Source: Cycas panzhihuaensis (taxonomy: Eukaryota > Plantae > Cycadophyta). Taken from it: a stretch of 64,000 nucleotides of DNA. Numbering within the stretch: the stretch's first letter is position 1; each line of letters opens with the position of its first letter. Under the pieces are notes generated by a model. The model made no database searches and was not told the origin of the DNA. It saw only the letters and a list, made by a program, of their open reading frames with translations. Both the position numbers and the translations under genes were made by a program. The stretch covers positions 222,463,741-222,527,740 of the forward strand of contig CM041465.1 in NCBI GenBank assembly GCA_023213395.1, in the 5' to 3' direction. Below are positions 1-13,601 of the stretch, in pieces.

Positions 1-269
1 TTAGGTTGCCATAGTAACAAAATTTTGGCATAATAGCCATGTTGATAAACACCTTTGGGTAAAATGTCACTTATTTATAGTTGGGAGGTTGGGAGGGAAC
101 CCACATCAACTAACATTTTTAAAATTTAAAAAAGTGATTTAAAATACATACTTGATGGCTATTAGAGGCTATTGGCAGCTATTGATGGCTTGTGAGGTCC
201 TAATGTTACTATGCACACATTTTAATTAAGAAATGAGCTTTAATCCTAATATTCTCCTCCATAATGACC

Positions 270-1023
270 ATTTCGTATAATTCCAAGCTTATCTCTAAAC
301 TTTTGAAACTTGAACTTTCTAAGGACCTTAGGGAAGAGATTTGCTACTTGTTCCTTTGCTTTGTAATAGACCAATTCCATGCCACTATGTTGTATTGATA
401 CCTTTGTAACGTTGGCCTATTTAAGAGTGTGAGGCTTTTATGGTTCCTAAACTTGACTTACTAAGGTAAACTTAACCATATTAGAGTATGTTTATGTCCT
501 TTCAAGATTGATGTCAAGCATATATGTTAAGTAATATTTGTTTTTCTTAACTTTTACCTTGTAGTGGTCATATTCTTTATTGGAGTCATTTAGGAAAATG
601 GTACACTTATTATTATCAAACACAATATTATGGTCCTATTCTAACATCTTTCCTATAAGTAATAGATCTTATGTAACACATCATCAACATATCTAATTTC
701 CCTCAATAGTTGTGGCTCCCCCATGAATCATTTCCAAGGTATCCCATGCATTCTTTGATATAGTCATTTCACTTATGCTAGAGAATATGTGGCCATTTAA
801 TACACAAAATATTAATGCTAAAGCTTTATTATATTTCTTCATACTTTCCTTAAAAGGTTTGTTCATCATCCAAGATAGCATTGTCACCTAAGTCATTGTA
901 ACCATCATTTATAAATTCCTAAAAATTTTTAGCAATAAAAAATAATTTAATCAATTCACTCCAAAGTGCAAAATTAGTGCCATCAAATATAGGAATGATC
1001 ATATTGTTAAGATTGATTGCCAT
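270..1023 (-). pseudogene. Decayed Copia mini-ORF (gag N-terminus fused to a post-protease segment and the RNase H C-terminal tail)
   Basis: Minus-strand pieces IPIFDGTNF, KNAWDTLEMIHGG, VFDNNKCT and KEQVANLFPKVLRKFKFQKFRDKLGII; collinear with 21513-22160. Confidence 0.7.
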
Positions 1024-1270
1024 TATAAAGAAAACCTTTAATACATAATCCAAAGAAAATACAAGTGTTTATATATAGAAATAAATTTTATATGTGGTCA
1101 AATAAGATTCTTTCTTAATATCAAATGAGAGCAACTTGAAAATTAAATGAAATAAATATAAAATAAATGAGTCTTTTTTAATGAAATAAGTATGAAACCA
1201 ATAAGCTTTCAAAGTGATACAAATAAACTCTAAAGTGGTATGAAATATAAAAAAAATAAAAGAGTCTTTG

Positions 1271-1632
1271 AATGAGCTTTTAAAGAAGCAATACGATGCA
1301 CTCTATGTCAACTTTTAAGTGCAATAAAGAACCTTGATTGAATTTTAAAAATAAACTTTAATAATGAAGCAAGATGATCTTTACATGAGCTAAATAAGCC
1401 TAATATAAGCTTCAAAATAAAGATGAATAAGCTAAAAATAAACTAAAATGTAAATGAGCTTTTAAGATACAATAAATTCACTCTATATGAGCCTTTATGG
1501 TGCAATAAGATGGTCTTAAATAACCTTTGAAATATATTTTAATAATGAGATAAGTTAACCTTTAAATAAGAAAAAATAAGCCAAATTTGAGCTTTAAAAT
1601 AAAATGAATGAGCTAAAACCAAATTAAAGTGA
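1271..1632. repeat. Degenerate tandem duplication (about 182 bp x2) inside element copy 1
   Basis: AATGAGCTTTTAA...CACTCTAT...GTGCAATAA...TTTAATAATGA recurs at 1271 and 1453. Confidence 0.6.
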
Positions 1633-3536
1633 AACAAAAGCTTTAAAATAAAATGATATAGGGTTTAGAAAGCTATTATATATGAAATGACATCTAATTA
1701 TTTTCTTCTCTTTTAAGAGGTAAAATTTCACTATATTCTACCAAAAATCATATGTAAGCCTTAAAAAAACCAAGTGAAATCAACCAAAGGGAGATTAGTA
1801 TCTCAATATGATATAAATATGCTTAAATAAAATTGTAAAATATGTCAAAATAGTAAGAAGGAGCTCAAAATTAGGTTAAATAGAAGTATTAACTTTAGCA
1901 ACCTCAAACACCCCCAAATGGATTTAAATCGTAATAAAACTATCTTTAATATGTAGATTAGTGAACTAGTTTTTTGACAAATCTAGCTATTTGAAAAACG
2001 AATTCCTAGATCAAAAGTTATAAGCAAAATAGTAAGGACACCTCCTTGTGACAAAAAAACTAAAGGTAGGGGAGGGGGGTTAAGCCCCTTTTAAGTAGAG
2101 CCCTTGGTCACTTAAAGGGCACAAAAGACCAGCCTCTAGCTAGTGAAGGAGGGCTACCAACCTCAAACTTTATAAAAAATAATTAAAGCCCTTACAAACC
2201 AAATTTATCAAAAATAATCTAAAATTTTTAAAATTTGAGCCCCTTTTAAACAAAAAATCATGTCGTATGAGGGGCTAATGTAATCATTGGCTAGGGCTAA
2301 AGGGCCTAGACATACAAAATTATGAAATCAAATTAAAATTAATGTAGATTTAGATTATTTAAATAAATTTAATGTAACTTTAGATTATTTAAATAAATCA
2401 AAGTGATTTAATAATAAAAACATCACGTTTTGTAGATTTCGCAAGTCCACATGCATGTAAAATGAACATAGAGCTTGTTCTCTTTGTACACAGCTCAGAT
2501 TGAGATGAAATTTTAAGGGAAGCAAGAGATGCATAACATAGAGACACACCGAAATTTTTGTTAGATTTCACTGAGCAAAGAGCTAGAACAAAGCAATGGA
2601 AGGCTTGGAGGTTGAATGGCTCATATGGAGTTTGCATGGTCAAAACAGAGAGTAAATCTACTCAAGAATAATCTTATGCACTCACTAATGGACCTACAAC
2701 CCTGTTCCAAAAAGACTAGATGAGAAACAAAGCAACAACAAATGATTTTCAAATGGTGCACTAGGGTTTCAGTAAGTAGCTAGAGAGGGTGAGCTTTCAA
2801 AAGTAATATCTCCACTGAGAGGCAACAAAATTCAAAATTGTCAAATCTAATGCAGAGCTAACTCGATAAGGAATTAAACAAGTGTTCACTTGAGATAGTT
2901 TAATTTATTGTGGAGAGCACACCTGCTTGCAAAAATCTAAGTAAATAGAAAAATCTCAAAAAAAAAAAAAATGATTAAAATCTTATAAAATATTTAACAA
3001 AACTTCAATATAATGGCTTTAATGAAGTGTTAGGATGAGTATGCTAATAAATACTATACAAATCTAAGAAAATATATGAGTTTTCAATTGTATTTAGTAA
3101 ATATTCATATATTTCAATAGAACTATAGAAAAACTTTAATATATAATAAATATTTGTTAAATTTCATCATAAAATAGTTGTGTGATACCAAACTCAAGCT
3201 CTAATACCAAATGAAGTAACCAATGAGCATAGCGGAACAAGACTTAATCCATACTTACAAAATAATTTAACATAAAGAACAATATTAGGTTGTTATAGTA
3301 ACAAAATTTTAGTATAATAATAGTGTTGATAAATACCTTTAGGAAAAATACCACTTATTTATGGTTGGGAGGTTGGGAGGGAACCCACCATCAACCAACA
3401 CATTTGAAATTCAAAAAAATAATTTAAAATATGTACCTAATGGCTATTAGAGTCTGTTGGTGGCTATTGATAGCTTGTGAGGTTCCAATGCCACTATGCA
3501 CATTTTTTAATTAAGAAATGAGCATTAACCCTAACA

Positions 3537-6500
3537 GAAAGTACTTCGATACTCCCTTTGGTGTTTAATTTGCTTATGATTTATTTGAATATTTTATTCT
3601 CATTAAGGTGATATTTAGATTTTATTTCTATTGAGTTATATTTGCAAAGTTGATTTTCTTAAAAGGAATGCTCCAAGTGGTATTAGAGCCAAGTTTATGA
3701 TCGTGGGAAGTTGTTCAACATGCCAAAAATTTAAGATTTTCTTTTGTTCCTGCCAGATTGAGTACTCTCTCTACCCAAGAAGAGATTGAGGAAAGATCTT
3801 CTCTTAATACTCTCTCCATAGAGATTAAGGAACAGAACCATCACCACTCAAGAGTCATAAGGGGAGGGGAATTTATTTCCCTAGGTAATGCCCAACACTT
3901 TTTTTTTCTCTCTTGTATTCATTTTTAGTTTGGTTTATTTATTTCAATTTCTATGATGGAGTCATCAATCCAACGATAGATAACTTTGCTTGGAAGTTGT
4001 CCTTTCTCTCTTCCACCCGTCATTCCTAAGTAGATAACTCTATATAGTAGCTACCCAAGTAGTTAAGTAGTGACCTTATACTAGGGGTCTTTAAACATCA
4101 TAAGGATTTATTATTCTGGCTAAATGTATTATAGATTTTTTATGTCTACATGAAGGACTAGAAATAACACTATTGAACCAAGCCCTAGACAAAACCTAGT
4201 TATGGAATTGTACCTCTATGTATCTTTCGGTATATAGAAGGACCCTTATAAGTCTTGAATCCTTCCTAACATAGGCAACCTACTAGTTATCGAAGTCTTG
4301 CAGTGTAGTGGTTAGTAGTAAGTGCCACAAAGCTACTTACTCTAAACTTTTGTATAAGAAGTTTATTAGCATGCCTACAAGATCGAGCATATCTTGTCTA
4401 ATGGTTGGTAGGACACCTTGTATTACTTATATCTTGCTTCACATATTCCATCTTCTGATTAAGATCTCAAGATACTACATAATAAAAAATAGAAAAAAGA
4501 AAAAAATAAAAAGAAAGAAAAACAAAAGGTCACTTCATAGTTCGCAGGGAATTTTAGTTTCCAAAATATTGCTCAAATTTAAAAAATGCTGGCATAGTTA
4601 GACTCGCGATAAGAAAACAAAAAATAAAAACCATTAATATCAAAGAAACCCACTTAGTCATGCTTAATGATGAGTCCATAATAAAAAAATTACCATTAAA
4701 ATTCATATACCTTATTTTGATTAGCACGTTGCATTAATCACTTTACACTAGGTTAGTTTTTGCAAATAATTTTCAAGCTTATCAAAACTTAGGTCAATGG
4801 TAGGCTCTACCACCTCAATGCGCCCTTAAATTTTATATACCCCATTTTGACAAGATTTTTGTACTCATCCAAGTGGGCTAGGTGTCCTGTTTATGTAATT
4901 TTTGTAGTCAACAGGCTATAAACACCCCACATCTCCCTCTTTGCTCCCTTCTCTTTCATGTAATAACTCCCTAGTTCTTAAATCTTATTATTTTTTCTTC
5001 TATCACACTTTATCTATTTCCCTTCTTTCTACTTATCCTTACTCCTTTAAGCCCCTTTTATAGTTCTAATAGTAAAAGTACAAGGAGAAATCTATTGAAT
5101 TGACCAACGACTTGAATAACTTTAAGTAAGAGATCAAAAACAGATTTAATAACATCCTTACAAAATCAAATCTTGATGGTACTAAAGCAAAAATTCTTAC
5201 ACATATCTAGCAGCTATTGTAACCTCAACTCCAAAGCATAGGAACTTCTAATATGATGGGCAACCTACCTCCCCCCTTTCAAGGAAGCAATGCACCTCCA
5301 AGAGGTTACCCACTAAGGCAACCCCTTTTTCACTAAAAAATCAACATTCCTACCTTTAGTCCAAATGTCAGTAAATAGTGCACTCAGAGTTGGATCAGCA
5401 AGTTGGAATCATACTTTGCACTCCACCTAATATTAGAGGAAGATCAACTCTTGTATGCCTTCATCCACCTAGATGGATGAGCCCATCCTTGGTTCAATTG
5501 GTGGAAATGAGAATATCCCTCCCACCTAACATGGTCCCACTTCATAAACTATTTTTTTTAACAATATGATGATACCTAGAGTCAATCCTTTTTTACTTAA
5601 CTTACATAGCTTAAACAAATTACAATAGTAGAGATCTTCATTGACAAATTTTAAGCTTTGTATAATCAATCACCATAAAGCCAAAACTTAGATAAATAAA
5701 TAGTGATTGGTATTTATATGGCTAGACTTTAAGATTGTATTCATATGAAACTAAAGACAATGGTAATTCACTCCCTCAAGGAATCCTTTAAGTAGGCCTA
5801 AGAAGTAGAGTCTGAATTTGTAGTTGACAGATCCTCAACTACTTGAAGGGATAACCCTTAGTTTTCATGTACTCGATAGTTAGACTTTAAGCGACCGTGA
5901 TCCTAATTTAATAATATTGTTTGTCCTCAATCTAACTTTGCACATCCCATACCACAATAGGATGATCCCACTCACTCAGTTATTGACTAATTGAATGATG
6001 ACCCATCCACCAAAAAAGTCTAAATTTTCTAAGCTAAATCACTATGTCTACTAGAGGCTGATCTTTATATGTAATGTGCAAAACAATGGACTTTTGAGCA
6101 TGGACACTTTTGTAAGGTATGACACACAGGTTTTTCCATTGACTCATCCTAAACCCTTGACAAATCCTTTGATTCCAACTCTAAACATGAGGCTAAAGAT
6201 GAAACCCATGAAGACCCCACCTTGGACCTTCATCCTGAAGTATTCTCATCTACTATCACTACCACTTCTTATCCTAAACCCCTATGTGTCATAGGGATTT
6301 TTCACAAGACTCTAATGTCAATTTTAATTGGCAGTGGTGTGTCACTTAATTTTCTTGATATCTCTATAGCCCAACAACTTAACCCATGTATAATACCAAA
6401 AACTAACTTTACCTATTCCCTGCTAGGGTACTAGAAGCTCCATTATATTGGTGTTATTAAAAACCTCTAGGTCTAAATCAACACCTACCTTTTAATGTCA

Positions 6501-9500
6501 GATTTCTATACCTTATCGATAAGAGGGTTTGAAGTTATCTTAGGGATTTAATGGCTACAAACCCTAGGGATTTGTAGTATGAATAACTCACCCAATAATC
6601 TATTCATTATATTCAAAGATTAAATGGGTCAGAATCATAAAATTTATGGGATACAACCCCCTCCTAAATAAGTGGTCTCACCAAGATATATGAAATGTCA
6701 TCTTTAATCTCACCTAGGATACATAGTTCACCTCAATAATATTCAAATTGAATCATAAATTCACCCACATATCTAAGATGTCATTACCTAATGCGAGCAT
6801 GTATTTACCCTTTTACCTGCCACTGCCCCACTTGATTGTGGTTTCTATCATACAACTGGGCTCTATTTGAATCACGACCTTATTAGCTTAAGGCCCTATT
6901 GCAACTCATACTTTTAAAAGAATGAAATTAAGAAACTCACAACTGAACTCATGGACATCGGCATAATCTAACCAAGCAAGATCCCTTACGTAGCTAATCA
7001 TCTTGGTTAGGAATAAGGATGTTTCCTTTTACCTCTATGTCGATTATAGGGAACTCAATAAAATTATCATAAAAAATAAGTTCTTCACCCCATGTATAGA
7101 TGACATGCTGAATGAAATCCATGGTGCCACTATTTTTTCTAAGTTACACCTTTATTCAAATTACTACTAGATCCTAATTACCCTAGAAGATTACCATAAG
7201 ATGATGTTTTGGACACATCATGACCATTTTGAGTTTCGTATAATGCCCTTTAGCCTTTGTAATGCCCTAGTAACTTTTCAAGCTCTCATGAATAAAATTT
7301 TTAGCCCCTATCTTTGAAAATTTATTACAGTCTTCTTTGATGATATTCTCATTTATAGTATATGTTTAGATCACTACATCTAACACCTCGAACTTATTCT
7401 CCAAACATTACAAAATCACTAACTCTACGCAAAATTATCTAAGTGTGAGTTTAGGCAATCTAAACTCCAATACTTGGGGTATTCCATATCATTGGAAGGG
7501 GTATGTATGGACCTCGATAAAATATCTATCATTATGACTTGGTTGACACTAACCACCCTTACCCAATAAAATACATTTGTTGGCTTCACAAGATTCTATT
7601 ATCATTTTATACATAACTACACCTCCCCCACTGCCTCCTTAACTAATCTCCTCTACAAAAATGCCTTCTAATGGTTCCTAGAAACTAATGTTAGTTTTTT
7701 TTATCCTAAGGTTGTAATGACTTGTACCCTAGTCCTCATCACTCATGATTTCAGCTGGCCTTTCCAACTTGAATGTGATACCTCTGGATTTGGCCTGGGT
7801 ATGGTTCTGATGTAAGACTCTTATCCCATTGTATCTAAGAGCTGATAATTGAAAGATCATGAGCTCTATCTCTCTACATACTAGAAGGAGATAAAAGTTA
7901 TTCTTCACATTGTTGATAAATGATGATAATTCCTATTAGGTTCTAAATTTACTATTCTTATAGATCATCGTAGCCTCCACAATCTGTTGGATCAACTAGT
8001 TTTATTCAAAGAACAAGCTAAGTGGATTAACCATCTACAAGTCTTTGAATTCATAACATCGTATAAAAAAGGCAAAGACAATATAGTCGTGGATGCCCTT
8101 TTACATATGAACCTTAATGCTAGTACTCCCAACCCTAGCCTTAATATCATAACCAAGCCTTAACCCCTTTGTCTTGACAAATTATAGGCTAAAACTATGC
8201 CCAAACTGACTACGTTAATTGGAATGAAAACGTTTTCACCCATAAAGGTTGGTCAATCTTTAACAACCATCTACTTTTAAGAAACTGCATCTTCATACAT
8301 CTATCCTCATCATTTATTCCTAGAATCTTAATAGAATACCACTCTTCTCTCCTCGGTGGCCACTTAGGTTTTAATAAGATATATCTACGTATCTGTGTTG
8401 ATTTCTTTTGGCCTTATATGAAGACTACTATATTCACCTTCGTATTAGAGTACAACATATATCAATGAAACAAAGTCAATACCAAAGCCCTTCTCAAACT
8501 TTTCTAACCATTAAATATTCCATAATGTAAGTAGCAGGATATTTCCATGGACTTTATAATGGGCTTACATACATCTACTGAGTTTAATTCTATTTGGGTG
8601 GTCATTGATTAATTAACTAAGTATTCATACTTCCTCCTAGTTCACACCTCATATACATCCTCTCGCCTTATTGACTTATTTATCTAATTCATATTTTACC
8701 TTCACAATTTCCCCTCAACCATCATTTGTAATCGAGACTCTTTACCAACTTCTTTTAGAAATAACTCTTTAGGACTATCAAAACCTCATTTAACATGAGT
8801 TATACATACCACTTATAAACTAATGGCCAATTTAAGGTCTTGTATAAAACCCTATAAACCTATCTATGTTGCTTTGCCTTATAACACTAAGTTAAATGGA
8901 TTTCTTAGCTTTTCCTAGTAGAGTACTAGTATAACTCCTCTTATCATTCAACCATCAGTATGTCCTTTTTTAGTCCTCTATGGCTTACACCCCCCTTCCC
9001 ATCATACCTTGGCCATAAATTTTTGCATAGCCTCAGTATAATAAAAGTTTCAAAAGACAAACCAAATCCTCCATACCCTTCAACAAAATATGGCCTCCAC
9101 TCGAAATCACATGAAGCAACTTTCTGACAGCCACTAGTCTGATTAGTGCTTTAACATTAGAGACATGATATTCCTTCACCTCCATCCTTACAAGCAAGAG
9201 TCTCTTAAGTCTCATCATGGTTATGAACTCAATCCACAATATTACAACCCTTATAAAGTCCTCTACAAAATTGGTGAAGTTGCTTATGCCCTTAAACTCC
9301 TCCCAAACATTAACATTCATAATGTCTTCCATGTCTTGTGCCTCAAAAAATACCTCAGAGTAAAAATTACACACCACACAACCTTATCCATTCTCACCAA
9401 TGAGCAAACCCTCATAATCCTTCTTGATAAAATCCTTGCTAGCTACCATTGTTGCCTTCAAAATCACACTATTTTTTAGCATTTGGTATAGTGGGTCAGT

Positions 9501-9962
9501 TGTGATGTAGATGAAGCAACTTAGGAATCTGATGAGTTCGTACAACAATATCTTCACCTTCAATGCTATAAGGACTTAGCATTTTAAATAGGGGGATCTA
9601 TAATGTAACCCCACCTTTCTTAAGCACTAGTAAGGAGGAACCACTAAAGGGTTAAGGATTAGCGTTAAGTACTAAGATTTATGTATGGCTAGCTAAGCCC
9701 TCCAATAAGATATAAGGTCACTAGGGCCATCAATAAGATCATTAGAAGAAGACCTCTGCATGTCTATTTAAAGGGTCAAATATCACTTGTAAAGTGTTGT
9801 TGAGTATTATTATCTTTTGAAGAGCAAGTACTTTGATACTCCATTTGGTGTTCAATTTGCTTGTGATTTGTTTGCATATTTTATTCTCATTAAGGCAGTA
9901 TTTGGATTTTATTTCTATTGAGCTATATTCGCAAGGTTGATTTTCTGAAAGGAAATGCTCCA
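3537..9962 (+). mobile_element. Decayed Ty3/Gypsy chromovirus LTR retrotransposon
   Basis: 5' LTR remnant 3537-3675 matches the end of the 3' LTR 9604-9962 (TGTAAC..CTCCA). PBS TGGTATTAGAGCC at about 3678 and PPT GGGGGA at 9591. Decayed gag (about 5340-5800), protease (ILIGSGVSLNF), RT (FFDDILIYS, about 7335), RNase H, integrase (ISMDFIMGL; IHNVFHVLCLKKY) and a chromodomain-like end (HLV*WVSCDVDEAT*ES). Confidence 0.9.
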
Positions 9963-10399
9963 ATGGTGGAGGAAAACAATTAATCAATTTATGGAGAGAA
10001 CGAAAAACTTGGAGAGAAATTATATACCTATTTTAGCTTATAATCTAATAAACCTTGGTTTAAAGATGTGACCAAGTTTGAGCCTCAAGATGAACTATAA
10101 GATGAGGATGCTTCAGTCGATGGTGAGGAACCTTAAAAGACTAGGAATTTTACGCTTAAATACACAAGCATAACATATGACGAAAGAGTAAAGAATGAGA
10201 TTCCAACTCATAAGATAAAAGAACATAAGATAGGTATTTATTAAAAACTCAAGATTTATAAGATCAATATTTGGACATAAATCTAACCCCAAAATATAAG
10301 CATAAGTGATTATTAATATACAACCATTATAAAAAAGGCTTCAATATTATTCACACAAAACAAATATATTTGTGGGGTTTTATTAAATAAAGGAATTCA

Positions 10400-11800
10400 A
10401 CCAAAGTTTGGAGTATACAAGATAAAATTAGGGGAAGGTGCAAAATTAGTATGACAAAGGCCTTTCTAGGTGAATCTTATCGTTAAGGATTAAGTAAAGA
10501 TGGAGTTAGATAAGATGTTGGCATTAAGTTACATTTATGAGGTCGATAAAACTAATAGATGAAACTAGTGATAGTAGTGAAAAAGAAAAATAGAAAAGTA
10601 TGTATTTGTTCTGATTATTGACCAATGACGAAATTAGTAAGAAAGGTCTATATTCAATATCATTTACTAAAGATGTCTTTCAGAGTCATTGATTCTAAAG
10701 TGGACTTTTTTACAAGTGTCTTTAATGGTTATAATAAGATCAAAATGTCCCCAAAAGATTAATGAAAATACACACATTTCATAGAATGAGGAACATATGC
10801 TTATTGATAAATACCATGTAGATTGACAAATGTCCTAACAACATTCTATAAAGTCACGTTAAATATATTTAAAGAGGTGATTGATACAAAGGCGAAAGGT
10901 TTTCTTAATGATTGGAGCTTGCATAGATTAATGGATAATCATTTGAGAAACCTAAGAGACATTGTAGAAGATTATGAAAAATAAATGAATTATATATGAA
11001 CCCTCTAACATATAAATGTATGGTACCATTTAGAAGGCTATTAGGTCACATTTTCAAGAAATAATGGTTACTAACAAATATGGCACAAGTGGAAGTGATT
11101 ACTACTTTAAAACAAGTTAAGAGTTATTAGAAATGATAAATTATCACAGAAAATTCATTAAATGGAATGCTTGAATTTTACTACCATTAGAGAAACTCTC
11201 AAGTCAAGGTATGCCTTGACATAGGGGACAAGGAAGCAAATGGTGTTCAATATATCATAACTTAAAAATACCCGAACGACAATCCTAAAAGTTTTCAATT
11301 AGCAAGAAAAAGAAAAGAAACAAGTCCATGTTGATGCATCCTTATATGGCATTGGATACATTGCAACCTAGTTTGTAAATAAAAAGATAAACTATCTAAA
11401 ATACTTTGCCAACAAGAAGTTAATTATAATTGCATATAATTATGTAATGACAACAAAAGCTAAGTTGGATATAATCTATGCCTTCCAAAAATTTAGGCGT
11501 TATTACTAGCCAACCCTTTTAAATCTTTATGTGGGTCATTAAGAATGGATACATCTCCTATACAATCCATTGCTATAAGGGAGGACAAATAAATGGCTAT
11601 TGTTATTTTAAGAGTCATGGTCAAACTGAAAGAAACCCATGTTATTCTTGATTAGATTTCACATATTGAAAAAGGCAAAATAACAAATAGTATAAATATT
11701 GATTTTTTGTATGATAAAATATTTAATGTAGATATAATTCTCGAATGGTGTGCAAAAATTGTAAAATATTTAGTTATTGGAACCATTCCACCTAGTACGA
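10400..11800 (+). pseudogene. Highly decayed Ty3/Gypsy RT-RNase H relic
   Basis: Motifs ELDKMLAL, KKKNRKVCICSDY, HVDASLYGIG and IIYAFQKFRRY amid many stops; no LTRs located. Confidence 0.65.
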
Positions 11801-13041
11801 TATAATTAGGTCGAGAGAACCAACATGTTCTAGTTAGTCTGTAGAGTATTATTTAAGATGTGATTAAATAACATTCGAGGAAAATGTGCATTTCAATATG
11901 AAGTGATAAATTTTAAGTTAATTCCATAATGACTTTGTTATGAGTTGAATAATTTAAAATTTTCTAATTTCAAGTTTAAGTCTATTTTATTTTCATAAGA
12001 AAAAAGTATATGATTGAAAAGAGTAATGAACCAATCTTCTTATAATTTAGAAGCCCTTTTTGTCTTTATGGTTTGCTCCTTATTTAATGATGACTTTCAC
12101 TCTTCACATCCCTAATTGTGAAATGGTGTGGTGCAATATCTCTAGTTGATAATATAGAGACAATAGTGTGTGATAATAATTTTTAGGGAGAAAACAATTT
12201 TGTGGTCTTTTAAAAGGGCCTTTTATTCATGTGATTATTAAAAAAAAGTGGAAGTCCTCCTAGATAAATTCCAACTCATGTGACTTTTATGTGTTGGGAG
12301 ACCAGGGGTTCACTTTTACCAAGCATATAGTGAATGTCTCATGAACATAATATCCCAAATTTCACGCTAACAAAGATGTGCAAGGTACACACTTTGAAAT
12401 ATGATCACATCATAAATTTTGAATCATATTTTGTCTAGGATAATATTTAAGGTATTTTCTAATTGATAAAAGCATTCAGCTTGCCCTTAGAAATCCTTAG
12501 AATTTATAGAACCGCTTCACCTTCCTGTTGTATACAGGACTCGTCTGGGATGTCAAACAGCCCTATGCTAAATTGCTCAACTCAATATCTAATTTTGTTT
12601 TATTTTAGCATTCTTCAGTCACTCATTGTTAGTAAATTTAATGTTTTTTATTGTAATCAATTATTGGAGAATTGCTCTCCTACTAAATCTGTGTTTTCTT
12701 AACATTGCAAACTCTTCCACAGTCGATTGTGGTCTACTTATCTCGATGCTCCTACGGTCGACTGATGAACAATTACGTTGTGGAGTCTGTCAAAAGATAT
12801 ACTTTCATATCCTTATTTTATAAACTAATTTATGTACTTCGATGGAACAAATACCGCATCAAACAACGAACCGTAATTTCTTATGATATTTATTGGGCGA
12901 GATCACATAAAACAGAGCTAGAATTTACACCATTACAACAACAGAGGTTACCTGTCTGCACTAGAGAATTGTGCCAGTTTTGTTACTTCATTTGACGCAG
13001 CAGCAGAACGGAAAAAGGATTTGATGTTTACTCCACAGGAA

Positions 13042-13508
13042 CTACTGTGTGGAAGAAGTTTGGCTATTAGATGCTTCTCCATTGTTCTTCTGTATTACAG
13101 TCCTACTATCTAACAAGGACCATATATCTGTGGGGAATTTGGAAGCCCCTATATTTGTTATTCCAAGAAATGTTGCTCTGACACTCTCCAACAGTCCCGC
13201 CACGTCTCTCATATTCGGTCTTTCTCCAGGTGATTGTTTTGTGCACAACAAACCCACGAGTATGAGTTCCGTAACACATTTGTACACGCTGTGCCCGTCT
13301 ATTCCTTCCTCACTCACATTTATCAGCAGGCTACCGTCAATAACATCCAGCAGTCTATCAGGAAATGCCATTCTCACCCATTTCTGCAGGTCCAATCCTC
13401 CTACAAACATCTCACTGGTGGGCCGCCTTCTGGTCAGCATCTCCAATAACAGAATGCCAGAGCTGTAAACATCCCCCTTTGTTGAAGCCCTTCCTCCTGA
13501 TCCGTACT
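13042..13508 (-). CDS. LRR-XII receptor kinase exon 2 (kinase C-lobe and tail); spliced product 1093 aa
   Basis: EYGSGGRASTKGDVYSSGILLLEMLTRRRPT...GLLCTKQSPGERPNM, ending at TAG 13044-13042. Exon lengths 2815+467 nt = 1094 codons including the stop. Confidence 0.93.
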
Positions 13509-13601
13509 CTGTATTCAAGCCATCATCTTCAAAATTTTATTCTAATACACGGGAGAAAAGCGAAAAATTGCGTTTTGATGATTTGAACCACAAAAGCAAA
13601 C
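13509..13601 (-). other. 93-nt GT-AG intron splitting the APE motif of the LRR-XII kinase
   Basis: Donor CCAG|GTTTGC and acceptor AATACAG|AGTAC; splicing restores GYIAP-E-YG, the usual LRR-XII intron position. Confidence 0.9.

Larger units (their letters stand above)
1..3536 (-). mobile_element. Non-autonomous Copia-derived LTR element (copy 1), truncated by the window start; inserted into the 5' LTR of the Gypsy at 3537
   Basis: Direct repeats 3212-3536 (5' LTR, TG..CA on minus) and 1-251 (3' LTR, partial). tRNA-iMet-type PBS TGGTATTAGAGC at 3209-3198 and PPT GGAGGAGAA at 260-252. Copia gag remnant NKALALIFCVL..KNAWDTLEMIHGG (ORF 693-887). Confidence 0.85.

Noticed and set aside
13537-13601. 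C-terminal GLLLWFKSSKRNFSLFSRVLE of the 959-aa ORF, and the Met-start 158-aa ORF as a separate gene
   Set aside because: Read-through into the intron; both ORFs are exons of one kinase gene.
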